The notes under the pieces are model-generated. The model did not search any database. It was not told the origin of the DNA and saw nothing but the letters and a program-made list of their open reading frames with translations. Positions 52,146 through 64,000 of a stretch of DNA of 64,000 nt are shown piece by piece. The stretch's first letter is position 1. Each line of letters begins with the position of its first letter. The stretch spans positions 7,440,001-7,504,000 of the forward strand of contig OZ024764.1 in assembly GCA_964016885.1 (NCBI GenBank), given 5' to 3'. Source of the DNA: Eledone cirrhosa. Lineage: Eukaryota. Made by a program: the position numbers and the translations under genes.

Positions 52146-52967
52146 TTGTGGTTAGGAAAAGCTATCTCACTTACCGCTTTTCATATGCGCCGCTAACTCC
52201 ACTGCAGGTTACTACTCTTCCACGTGCGTCCAACTGCTTAACACCGGGAGCTGCCAAAACTCGTGTCCACACCGTTGCTGGTCACCACTGGAGAAGCCTT
52301 CTGCTGGCCCTTCCGGTCGATCATCCTTCCGGCCAAGCACCCTTCCGGTCGAGCACTCCCCCGCTTCCGGCCACCGCACGCCACACCATACCCACATGTC
52401 TGATGGTCGGGTCGTCGGCGACTAAACTGGCAACTCCACCAAGTTTGCTTGGTGAGGAGGGTGATATTTGTGTGGGTATGGTGTGGTGTGGGGTGGCCGG
52501 AAGCTGGGGAGTGCTCGACCGGAAGAGTGCTTGACCGGAAGAGTGCTTGACCGGAAGGGTGCTTGACCGGAAGGGTGCTTGACCGGAAGAGTACTTGACC
52601 GGAAGAGTGCTTGACCGGAAGAGCGCTTGACCGGAAGGGTGCTTGACCGGAAGAGTGCTTGACCGGAAGAGTACTTGACCGGAAGAGTGCTCGACCGGAA
52701 GAGTGCTTGACCGGAAGAGTGCTCGACCGGAAGAGTGCTTGACCGGAAGAGTGCTCGACCGGAAGAGTGCTTGACCGGAAGAGTGCTCGACCGGAAGGGT
52801 GCTTGGCCGGAAGGGTGCTCGACCGGAAGGGCCAGCAGATCGGTCTCTCTCTAGTGTGATCAGAAACGTGGTGGACGCGAGTTTGGCAGCTCCCGGCGAT
52901 TAATGAAACATGAGATTTAGCGGCGCTTATGAAAAGCGGTAAGTGAGATAGCTTTTTCTAACCACAA
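52146..52967. mobile_element. Fold-back element with ~250-bp inverted arms and an expanded ~18-bp subrepeat
   Basis: ttgtggttaggaaaagctatctcacttaccgcttttcat at the left end has its reverse complement at the right end. Tandem gaccggaagagtgctt-type repeats span 52516-52830. Confidence 0.8.
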
Positions 52968-53194
52968 TTTGTACACCCTGTGGTATGAAATACAAGACCC
53001 GGCGAAGGGCGGACGAACTCGGCAGAGTCAACTGCCATCCAAATAGCCCCTTTTTTTTACATCTGGGTGTGAAAGGCCCCCAGTTGTTGTTACAACACCT
53101 TTCTAGGAGAGGGGAAACTCTGAAACAAAAAAAAAAACCCGTGCAGCTTCGGAAGCATCCGATGATGTTGACCAGTATGTAGTTATGGTGGCCA

Positions 53195-53470
53195 TTATGG
53201 CAGTATCGGTAGCGAGTCGAGCACCATGCTTTGCAGCATAGAGTTACGGTCCTTTACGGTCTGAGTTCAAATCCCGCCGAGGTTAACTTTGCCTTTCATC
53301 CTTACGGGGTCGATAAAATAAAGTACCAGTCATGCACTGGGGTCAATTTAATAGACTTCCCCTTCCCCCAAATTACTGGCCTTGTGTCTATATAAGAAAT
53401 CATTATTATGTACCAGTAATACACTGGGGTAATTGCTGGCCTTGTGCCTAAAGTAGAAACAAATATTATG
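53195..53470 (+). mobile_element. Family A SINE
   Basis: A and B boxes and core consensus. Confidence 0.85.
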
Positions 53471-53519
53471 TAGTGGATAGATAAAATATTATGTAGTGGA
53501 ATGATAAAAAGAATGATGC

Positions 53520-54182
53520 CAGAATTGTGAAGGTCCAGAGTGAACTAGTTTGATATTGAGGCCCTCACTTCTGATGGCTTTGCGTATGGCGTTGGTGGTT
53601 TCCTTGCTGAGATGTGGGATCTTGAAGAAGCAACTGTTGTTTGTGGTCCAGTCTTTGGGTCTGGGGTTTCGTCATGGGGTGGAGAAGGAAGCTGGGTAGC
53701 CGTTAATCTCTAGTGCCTTGTGGAATTGACTGATATGGGTGGCTCTATTGGCAGCATCGCTGCATCGGTTGCATATGCGAGCCATTTCGTTGAAGATGTA
53801 CCCTCTTTAGAGCTGTTGGGGAGGGCAGATTTGTAATGAACAAACAGGTCTCTGCTGGCCGCTTTGCAGTAGAAATCGGTGTGGATTTCACCGTTATCAG
53901 AGATGTTCAGTCTGAAATCAGTCTGAAATCAAGTAGAGCGAGGGGCCGGGAGTTGGTGGGATATTCGATGGTGAACTTGATATTATTGTCAGAATTGTTG
54001 AAATATTCGAAAATCTTGTTGGCATTCTCCTTGGTGGATGTGAGGATGAGTATATCATCCACATATCTAATGAAGAAAGCCCAGGTGTCGCAGGAGCTGA
54101 GTACTCGGTGTTAAAGCCTGTTCATATACGAAATAGCCAGTAAAGCCGAGAGGCTTGATCCCATGGGTAGTCCAGAGGTCTA
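53520..54182 (-). mobile_element. PLE RT fragment of a different (Penelope/Poseidon-like) lineage
   Basis: The reverse complement reads GLPMGSSLSALLAISYM..FIRYVDDILI..FNNSDNNIKFTIEYP..FYCKAA. Confidence 0.75.
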
Positions 54183-54240
54183 TATTAGAGTATGGGGTTA
54201 AAGGATTCTTAGGAACTTTCAATGTTTATTTTAGGTTTTG

Positions 54241-54298
54241 CCATCTGAAGAGCTCAGACTGTCTTAACTGATAGTCCTCAGTGAAATATGTATAACGG
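54241..54298 (+). ncRNA. Hammerhead-like motif inside the 54187-54626 palindrome (inverted copy at ~54505-54572)
   Basis: ccat CTGAAGA gctca-gactgtc..gatagtc-ctcagt GAAA tatgt ATA acgg; helix I has one mismatch. Confidence 0.55.
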
Positions 54299-54625
54299 AG
54301 TTTTAAATAAACCTGAATCAACTGAATGGGTAGTTGAGAGGTTTGTCGGTAGTTTTGTTCCAGGAAGTTGATGGTGGTGAGGCCGAAAAACTCCACTGAC
54401 ATCCACCAGTTTCTATCCATCATTGTAAATAACGCCTTTTTCAACTTCCTGGAACAAAACTACCGACAAACCTCTCGACTACCCATTCAGTTGATTCAGG
54501 TTTATTTAAAACTCCGTTATACATATTTTACTGAGGACTATCAGTTAAGACAGCCTGAGCTCTTCAGATGGCAAAACCTAAAATAAACATTGAAAGTCCC
54601 TAAGAATCCTTTAACCCCATACTCT

Positions 54626-54659
<34 letters not shown>

Positions 54660-54662
<3 letters not shown>

Positions 54663-55205
54663 CATCATCATCATCATCATTGTTTAACGTCCATCTTCCA
54701 CACTAGCATGGGTTAGACAGGAATTGTCCCACTTGAGGCAAGATTGATCGGGTGACCGTGTCTCGCTCGTATAGGACTGTATCTGGCAGGTTTTCTACAG
54801 CTGGATGCCCTTCCTAACACCAACCACATTTGCAGTGTGGACTGGGAGCCTTTTTACCGTGTCTCCTACACGACCACTTTACAGTGTGGACTGGGAGCCT
54901 TTTTACCGTGTCTCCTACACGACCACTTTACAGTGTGGACTGGGAGCCTTTTTACCATGTCTCCTACATGACCACTTTACAGTGTGGACTGGGAGCCTTT
55001 TTACCGTGTCTCCTACACGACCACTTTACAGTGTGGACTGGGAGCCTTTTTACCGTGTCTCCTACATGACCACGTTTACAGTGTGGACTGGGAGCCTTTT
55101 TACCGTGTCTTCTACACGACCACTTTACAGTGTAGACTGGGAGCCTTTTTACCATGTCTTCTACACGACCACTTTACAGTGTGAACTGGGAGCCTTTTTA
55201 CTGTG
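54660..55205. repeat. SINE-like element with a 49-bp tandem expansion (~7 copies at 54835-55205)
   Basis: Unit actgggagcctttttaccgtgtctcctacacgaccactttacagtgtgg. Confidence 0.9.
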
Positions 55206-55367
55206 TCTCATCCCAGGTTTTTCTACTGACTGTAGGTTAACTTTACACGTAGGGAAGGCGGGTCTTTTTGCTGAGAATAAGTAAGTGACATAGTCACTTA
55301 CTTTAAAACTCATAGCGAATGTTTTTAACTAAACATACAGTGTATTGCCAAATATAGTATACATACA

Positions 55368-55402
<35 letters not shown>

Positions 55403-55776
55403 ATACTTTGGGAGGGTCATGTTGCCAATAAGAAACACACGCACCAGTTGCTTTCACTTCAATTTATTATAATTTATAAATTTAGGAATTTATAAATTTC
55501 CGGTTGGTTGGTTGGTTCCACAACCGGATGATTGTTTATATATTGTCAACGTTCTTTCGTTACACATTCTGTGACCTCTTCAGTGACTGGGGATTCTTTT
55601 CTTTGTTTTTGTGCCTCTCCTTTGTTCTGTCCTACGCCAATCTTGTTTTTGTGTGTGTTGTGTGCTTAGTTTGTGCATGTGTTATTGGCAACATGACCCT
55701 CCCAAAGTATAACAATATTGGTTTCAACACACGCTTTCAGATAAAGAATCTTGCTACACAAATTCAAATCTTTTTT

Positions 55777-55818
<42 letters not shown>

Positions 55819-56541
55819 AAAAAAGATGAAATCGAAAATGCAACTGGAGTCTTATTTTTAAAAATATATATATATTTATTTGGCTCCTTTACCGGTTTCG
55901 CAGTTCTTCTGCTTTTCAAAAGTAGAGTTGAGATGGAAGGTCTGTGGTTTTTCAAACATCTGATTGGTCTTTGAATGTTACTTGTTTTATATGGAAAAAA
56001 GTGGCTCGAAACGTCAGGTTTTTAGAGAAGTAATTTGATTGGTTGGTCAATAAGTATAATAAATTTCGCGCCAGTTCGCGTTACAAAGTTCTTCAAACAA
56101 GAGGGGAGCTCATGTTGTTTTTTCATATATTAGTGTTTGAATTTCTTTTTACTTAAAAAAAAGGGGGCTCACGAAGGCCTTTTTTTTTTATAAATGCAAT
56201 TTGATTGGTTATAAATGAAATTATGGCTGTCACGTGAACAAGTTCATTAAATTTCGCACCCGTATTTGGGAATTTATTTTGTAGCCTTTTAGAGAATTTT
56301 ATACAAACAAAAGATAATGGTCAAGAGAAATAGGATGGGAGAATTGTTCTGGTTCAGTGAATATAGCAGGTTATTTTTGAAAAGCAGAAGAACTGCGAAA
56401 CCAGTAAAGGAACCAAATAAATATATATTTTTTTAAATAAGACTCCAGTTGCATTTTCGATTCCATATTTTTTTCTTTATACTTTCGCTCGTGTAGGACA
56501 CCTCGGTTATTTTTCATTTTGTAAAAAAAACGTCACTTTCT

Positions 56542-56597
<56 letters not shown>

Positions 56598-56849
56598 ATT
56601 TACATATACACAAATTAGACAAAGTCACAGATATATATGTTTTGCCAACCATTCACGATGTGGCTCAATGATGAATTAATAAATTAAATAATTAAATAAT
56701 CAGAGCAATATACTATAAAGTATGTCCATAGAATCATTTGATAATATATATACACCATTTTCTCTCCCAATTAGCATAATTAACCATGCTAATTGGGAGA
56801 GGAAATGGTGTATATATATTATCAAATGATTCTATGGACATACTTTATA

Positions 56850-56898
<49 letters not shown>

Positions 56899-56928
56899 TA
56901 TCGCTATTTCAGAGCACCAACACCAATA

Positions 56929-56984
<56 letters not shown>

Positions 56985-57067
56985 AAAGGTAAACAGAAAT
57001 AACAACACAATCGCTACAGTATATGGAAGGGATATATTAGGTTAACGCTTGATATAGCAGGAAGAGG

Positions 57068-57104
57068 GTCTTAACGTTTCGGACGCTAGTCCTTCATCAG
57101 AAGA
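57068..57104 (-). ncRNA. Type I minimal hammerhead ribozyme
   Basis: Reverse complement: tctt CTGATGA a-ggac-tagc-gtcc GAAAC GTT aaga; palindromic AACGUU helix III. Confidence 0.75.
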
Positions 57105-57263
57105 AAGAATGAGAAATAAGATAGATTGAGGGGACGGGCGGGGTGGAATTGGAAAAAAATGTCTTTAGATAAAAATAACAGGTCCATTCATGTTGACATC
57201 TCTTGTAAAACTGGTGGCGTTTTGTGTATGATTTATTTTTTAGAAAAGTGGATGATGGAGCGC

Positions 57264-57299
<36 letters not shown>

Positions 57300-57494
57300 C
57301 ATGCTCCGATATATATATATATATATATATCGCATGCTCCGAAGAACTGACTGGTTATAATTTTGTATTGGCGATCGAGTAACGTGAAAACAAGCGAATA
57401 GCGATCTCTAGACCTACCAGTTCAGAGAAACAATTGTCAGCAATGAGATTAAAAACCTTTTTTGTATTGCAAACCATGCTAATCTTCTTTCCTG

Positions 57495-57564
<70 letters not shown>

Positions 57565-58340
57565 GTGTGTGTGTGTGTATCTATTTTTATATATAACTAT
57601 ATTTTTGTAACCACAGGAGACGATGGGGTAAATGGCCTGCTAAACACAAGTGTTGTAGGTAAGTGCTACCTTAACACACTGTCTAAACATTATTTAATCT
57701 GCTCTTTCCACTATCTATATTGGGGCAGATGATGGAGTTCCTACCTATACCTTTCCTACATATTGAACAAGGCCATTTCCCTGAGGGGATCAGGGTTCTG
57801 CTTTCTTGTCTACTTACAAGAACCTTAGTCTTTGTCAGGTTGACTTTGAGACCCTTTCATTCTAGTCCCTGCTTCCATGTTTGGAAATATAAATAAATAA
57901 ATAAATATATACACAAGTACAATAACAACAAACACATATAAACACACACTAGTAAACAAAGATAGAATACAATAACCAAAACACACACGCGCAAACGCAT
58001 GCGCAGAGATGGAGACAAGAATAAATAAATAAATAGACATTACAATACAACAGCAGGAAACATAATAGTACCACTGGTGATGTTACAGATGTGCAACGAA
58101 AGAACTATGATAGACTATATATATATATATATATTTATATCTGTATTTTTTTAACCGTTGGTCAATCAATGATAAACATTGATTGCCAATTAAATTAACT
58201 ATGGAGATATAAAAGATACAGAAGCGAAAACCAACCAAACAGTGAGTGTGTTCTGTTATTATTTCTGGCAATATGACCCTCCCCAAGTATAACAATATAT
58301 ATATATATATACAACAGTACAAACAAGGAAATTTATTTAC

Positions 58341-58447
58341 AGTCTAACAATTGTTTCCACGATAGAGATGTCTATAAATTGCTAAACACTAAAGGTAGTG
58401 GCACTCAATTTAAAATACATGCAACCTCTATCATTTCGTCAGAGACT
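58341..58447 (-). ncRNA. Type I hammerhead ribozyme with long stem II
   Basis: Reverse complement: agtct CTGACGA a-atgatagag..ctctatcgt-g GAAAC aatt GTT agact. Confidence 0.82.
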
Positions 58448-58660
58448 AATAGAAAAAGTTTGTACTGTTGACCATGTTATTCTTCACTTTTTCAATTTTA
58501 TCACTCCAAGATATACTTACATGGGAATACAAGTGAAGTCATTAACTCGCCATCCACGTAAACCTCTTGTTGAGTCACACAACGCTGTACGCTTAAACTA
58601 TCCATGATAAGTAGTTTCCTCAACCTCTTATCGGATTACCATTAACGATATATTGTTTTC

Positions 58661-58714
<54 letters not shown>

Positions 58715-60769
58715 GCTAAACATTTTGTAACATATTTTTCCATCTTCAAGTGTCTTCACCCTATTTCATAGAGATTCCGACCATAAACACACTACTATTT
58801 ACATTAACTCTCTTCTATATTTTAAAACAGAGTCTCGATTGTCATGATCCTTATTGCAGTTACACTGATCATCACATATGGATTGAACAGGCGTAAACAT
58901 AATTTCGAAAATTCTTTAGGTAAAATAAATATGATTTTCCCCATCATTTCTCTTTTTTCTTTGAAATAAATTTTTTATATTCATTCTTCTTATTTTTCAA
59001 CATGAGAGTTCCGTCATTTTCTTCTCATCCAAATATTTTCTCTCAATGTAGTTGCTAATTCATTGTTTTCTAGTTTATATATATATATATATCTAATTAG
59101 AAAGTTGAGTTAAAAACTCACAATATTCCCTTATAATCAAATAAACTCAAGGAAGAAATTCTGAGCTCTTTATAACATAGTAATATACACACATATATAT
59201 AAAACCACCAGAGTAATGAATATATTAACTACAGATAGAATGGTTTATACAAATTAATTAAAAGAATAAATCAAAGTATACAAACCGACTATAATAACTA
59301 TTCACATCCAGACATGTTCAGACCTGGGCAGAGGTTGTGAGAACTGACCTCAAATCACTATGTTTCACAGAGGTGATGACAAAGGATCGCGACATGTTGA
59401 AAGATGCTTTGCTGAGAAGGACTCATCCAATCCAACCAAGTATTGACCTGGGCAGAGGTTGTGTGAGCTGACCTCAAATCACACGTGTGTGTGTGTATTT
59501 TAGTCTTCTCATAATTATTTAGCTGTGATGAGCATATCTATCAGGCACATCCACTGATGAGCAATTCCTGATCTATATCACCTCACTTAATTGTCAAAAA
59601 TTTCTATTTTGAACTGTCATTTCTTCTGAACCGGTTCAGACAGTCGGATAACATGGCCCAGGTCTTGCTAGTGTGGAGCAACACACTTCTCACACAGGAG
59701 TTGTAAATCTGCCCCTTGGTGACTTATGGCAGCCAGCGTGTCTCGGAGATTGGGTAAAGCTGCCTAACCTTGTTCCATGTGGAGTTGCACCACACAATGG
59801 CAGCGAACTCAGCTCTACCTCCAGCCAACAACATGGGTTTGGTTTGATATTCCTAGAACATTACAAAATATGGCAGAGTCTGATCAGAGATTAACAGGTC
59901 TACAAGAGCTTGCCCACAAACATGTCCACACTCGACTACACTGGATGAGCAAGAAAGAGACTGACGCTCTCAAAGAAGCAGGCCATATCACTAATACCCT
60001 TCCCTTCATGTGACATCACAGCCACAATATTTCTGGCAAGGCCCCCATAACTCCACAATAGTTATATTATTATAGGCAATGTTCATTCACTGTATTGAAA
60101 ATTGATGTTTTAAATCTATAAGAATTACATCTTAAAGAAGATGTTTTGCATTAATTTGCTTTCAATGAACACAACCATGTTTAGGAGTATTTGATGTCAT
60201 CAGAGTCCAACATACACTGGGTATTTTGACTCTTAACTGTAACACCTTCTCACTGGTGGCCAAATCATTGCTTATCTCTCCTGCTACATATTCAACAAGA
60301 TTATCAATAGATATTTTTGTTCTTACTCTAACCCATCATTTCTGTGAATATTTTCAGACAACCAAAACATGGCTTGTGAGGATTTCTGGAAATATAGTTG
60401 TGATATCACATCATTGAAGAAGGATGTAAAAGCTGATATGCAACATTCCACTAATGCAGAGGTTATGGGTATGTATTAAACTTATAATATCTTCAACAAG
60501 TTGCAATCAACCTATTGGTAGTCAGACAGAATGCTTTGCAGCATAAAGTAACGGCCCTTTACATTCTGAGTTTAAATCCTACTGTGGTTAGCTCTGCCTT
60601 TCATCCTTATGGGGTTGATAAAATAAAATACCAGTCATGCATTGGGGTCGATTTAATCGGACCCCTCCTCCTCACCAAAATTGCTGGCCTAAATCAAAAA
60701 CCATTACTACTACTACTATGTTGTCCTTAGGGCATACTCCTTCTCGTGGCCACAAGAGTGTCAGTTGCA

Positions 60770-61020
60770 AAGCTTGGCTAGATAGGATGAGGAAGGATAA
60801 AAGTAACTGGGTGATGAGATTAAAGCTAGTGGTGGATGTTGTGAAGAGAAATGGAATGATATGGTTGGGTCATGTGTTGAGGAAAGATAAAAGTGGCTGG
60901 TTGAGAGAAATAGAACTAGTGATGGATGTTGTGATGAGAAATTGAATGAGATGGTTGGATGATGATTTGAAGAAGGATGAAAGTGACTGGGTGAGAGGAG
61001 TAGAGCCAGGGATGAATGTT
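60770..61020 (+). repeat. Tandemly repeated RTE 3' segment; inverted related array at 62275-62625
   Basis: Repeated RNGMRWLGHVLRKDK.NW.R.IE peptides in both places, in opposite orientation. Confidence 0.75.
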
Positions 61021-61364
61021 GGTGCCAAGCTCTATCAGCCATTGCATTTCCCTTGGACAACATTATATACAGTGTATATATATTGTGTATATATAGAGTC
61101 TATATGAATTACAACATCACTAGTGCCAAGCTGAATTGGCCATTGCCTTTCCCTTGGACATCATCAGTGGCATATAGAAGGGAGACTGGTATGCATGGGT
61201 GACTGCTGGTCTTCCATAAAAACACCTTGTGCCTTGGAGGGCAACTTTCTAGGTGGAAACCCATTGTTATTTATGACTGAAGGAAGCGACAAATCTGGAA
61301 GTGAGCTCTTAATTGCACAAGGTAAACACTCAGAGTTATAAATAATATAGGGGATATTTCTTAG

Positions 61365-62064
61365 CCCTTTAGCATTTAAACCGGCCATATCAGGCCAGAA
61401 TTCTCTCACATCTTTCTGTTCAAACCGGCTGTAACCGGCTGCTTAAACTAATGTTAAGGTACTGTGCTCAAAATAAATAATATCAAAGACTCATAGATTC
61501 CATATTATGTGAGATATTATGTAAGGTAAAGCTTTTACTGTGAAAATACAATACTTTATATAAAGTAATGTAAATGTTATGTGAGATATTATGTGAGGTA
61601 AAGTCTTTACCATGAAAATACAATAGTGTATATAGAGTAATGTAAATGTTATGTGAGGTAAAGTCTTTACCATGAAAATACAATAGTGTATATAGAGTAA
61701 TGTAAATGTTATGTGAGATATTATGTGAGGTAAAGCCTTTACCATGAAAATACAATAGTGTATATAGAGTAATGTAAATGTTATGTGAGGTAAAGCCTTT
61801 ACTGTGAAAATACAATACTTTATATAAAGTAATGTAAATGTTATGTGAGATATTATGTAAGGTAAAGCTTTTACTGTGAAAATACAATACTTTATATAAA
61901 GTAATGTAAATGTTATGTGAGATATTATGTGAGGTAAAGTCTTTACCATGAAAATACAATACTTTATATAGAGTAATGTAAATGTTATGTGAGATATTAT
62001 ATGAGGTAAAGCCTTTACCATGAAAATACAATAGTGTATATAGAGTAATGTAAATGCTAAAGGG
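61365..62064. mobile_element. piggyBac-like MITE with an internal 61-74-bp tandem expansion (61500-62058)
   Basis: TTAG-ccctttagcattta ... taaatgctaaaggg-TTAA. Confidence 0.75.
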
Positions 62065-64000
62065 TTAAGTTATCCATTCTAGATGGTAGCACTGTCGTAA
62101 TCTTACAGAAAGTTTTATAATTTTGTTTTATCTAACAGGTTTACTGGAAGAGCCACATTCAATATTTGATATACAGCCTGTTATAATAGCCAAGAGGTTG
62201 TACAGTTCTTGCAAAAATAGAGGTTTGTATATTTTACTTTCTTGTTCAGAAACAAAAGGTCTTACATACAACAACTGTCTCATTCCATTTCTCTTTACAA
62301 CATTAGCCACAGGTTCTATTCCTCTCACCCAGTTATTTTTATCCTTCCTCAACACATGACCCAACCATCTCATTCCATTTCTCTTTAAAACATTCATCAC
62401 AGGTTCTATTCCTCTCAGCCAGTTATTTTTATCCTTCCTCAACACATGACCCAACCATTTCATTCCATTTCTTTTACAACTTTCATCACAGGTTCTATTC
62501 CTCTCAGCCAGTTATTTTTATCCTTCCTCAACACATGACCTAACCATTTCATTCCATTTCTTTTACAACTTTCATCGCTGGCTCTGTTACTCTCACCCAG
62601 TCACGTACAATCTTCCTCAACACATCGATTGTTTGTTTTTGTTTTGAACTGTTTTTGTTTCACATTTGAAAAGAGGGCTATAGCCCTGAAATATCATATT
62701 GAAATATACTGGGTACAACATTAGTTTATTTTGTTTTATTTGTCATCTTTTGCCCTTTATATATTTCTACTGCATTGTACCAGACTTTTTTTAAAACTCA
62801 TTGGTTTTTTTATTACACATTTCACAATGCTTCAGATTAACTGTACTAATATATATATATATATATATCAATCAAAGTAAACAAGATATCATTTAAGGTT
62901 ATCTAAAGTCAGGTTACAAGTAATCTGTACTGAGGGATATTTCAATGTGCAGTGCTATGTTGAGTCAACAAGATGTTTACTTAGGTTTTTTGGAGGGTTG
63001 ATTCCACAAAGTTCCGTGGTTAGTAGTTATTGGAGTATTAATAACAGGTAAAGGATGATTAACATGGATAAGCAATATAATAGGGTTTTATTCCAAGCAT
63101 TAACATGTTTCATCACTTAATATGCAATTAATTATGTCTTGAAATCACTATTGTCTATAGTTGATTGGTTATAACGATTTCAAGACATAATTAATTGCAT
63201 ATCAAGTGATGAAACATGTTAATGCTTGGAATAAAACCCTATTATATCGCTTGTTCGTGTTAATAATCCTTTACCTGTTATATATATATATAATATCATT
63301 GTATATATATATATATATATACAGAGAGAGAGAGAGATAAGAATTAGCTTCATGCATAGCTGTATACAGATATGTATTGAAATGTTGTATTTCTAAAGAA
63401 ATACAGTGTGTTTATGGATAAACATTTAGAAAGCCGTGGCTATGCAAAACACTGGAGCTAATGCCCTCTGGTGGTGTCCAGCAGAAGCAAGGGGAACAAT
63501 CATCAATGCATTTCGAACTTAACTGGTTCCCATCAGGACGATCACTCCCATGCTTGCAACTGCTGGACTTGAAAACAGTCAAGAATATAGTTTTCTCGTC
63601 TGTGTAAATGAGGTGATTAATCTCATTTGCATATAAAGCTGCATAAGTTGGCTCAACTTATAATAGAATAGAATTAGGATTTAGCTTCATGTATTGATAA
63701 TGTGATATCGAATATAAATGGATATTAGTCCATTAAAAATAAATAAGTGTGTCAATACTTATTTATTTTTAATGGTCTAATATCAATTTATATTCAATAT
63801 CACAACATCAATGTACACTCTTACGGGCGCAATATTTGAAACATTTGTTAGCCATTCAATATATACATGTATTCATAAATCTTTGTTGTGCTCTCCAGCA
63901 TCTTAAATAAATATATATATATATATGCAGAGGTTATATTTAATTTGTTGGGATTCAACAAGCTTAAAAATTTTTATAACTGATATAAAGCACTCAACAG

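Overview
This window is eukaryotic, AT-rich and almost entirely repeat-derived. It is very likely coleoid cephalopod (Octopus-like), inferred from the C2H2 zinc-finger style, the SINE families, the RTE and Penelope load, and the (TA)n tracts. No intact host gene is visible. (1) Two distinct endogenous parvovirus/densovirus-like elements are present. EVE1 (~9320-13710) has a PLA2-bearing capsid unit upstream of an HUH + SF3-helicase NS1 unit on the same strand. Its NS1 can be rebuilt in frame after removing two SINEs with TSDs and a 32-bp tandem expansion. EVE2 (~15700-16500) is a second, divergent PLA2/VP fragment. (2) At least 8 type I minimal hammerhead ribozyme motifs were read directly from the sequence. 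Several sit in non-coding fold-back cassettes among (TA)n tracts. (3) There are many young tandem arrays, several visibly seeded from virus, LINE, PLE, SINE or MITE sequence; two have higher-order structure. (4) The rest comprises Penelope-like, RTE, mariner, Helitron-like, piggyBac-like and Tc2/pogo-like remnants, two tRNA-derived SINE families, and a decayed C2H2 zinc-finger gene. Coordinates were read by eye and may be off by a few bases.
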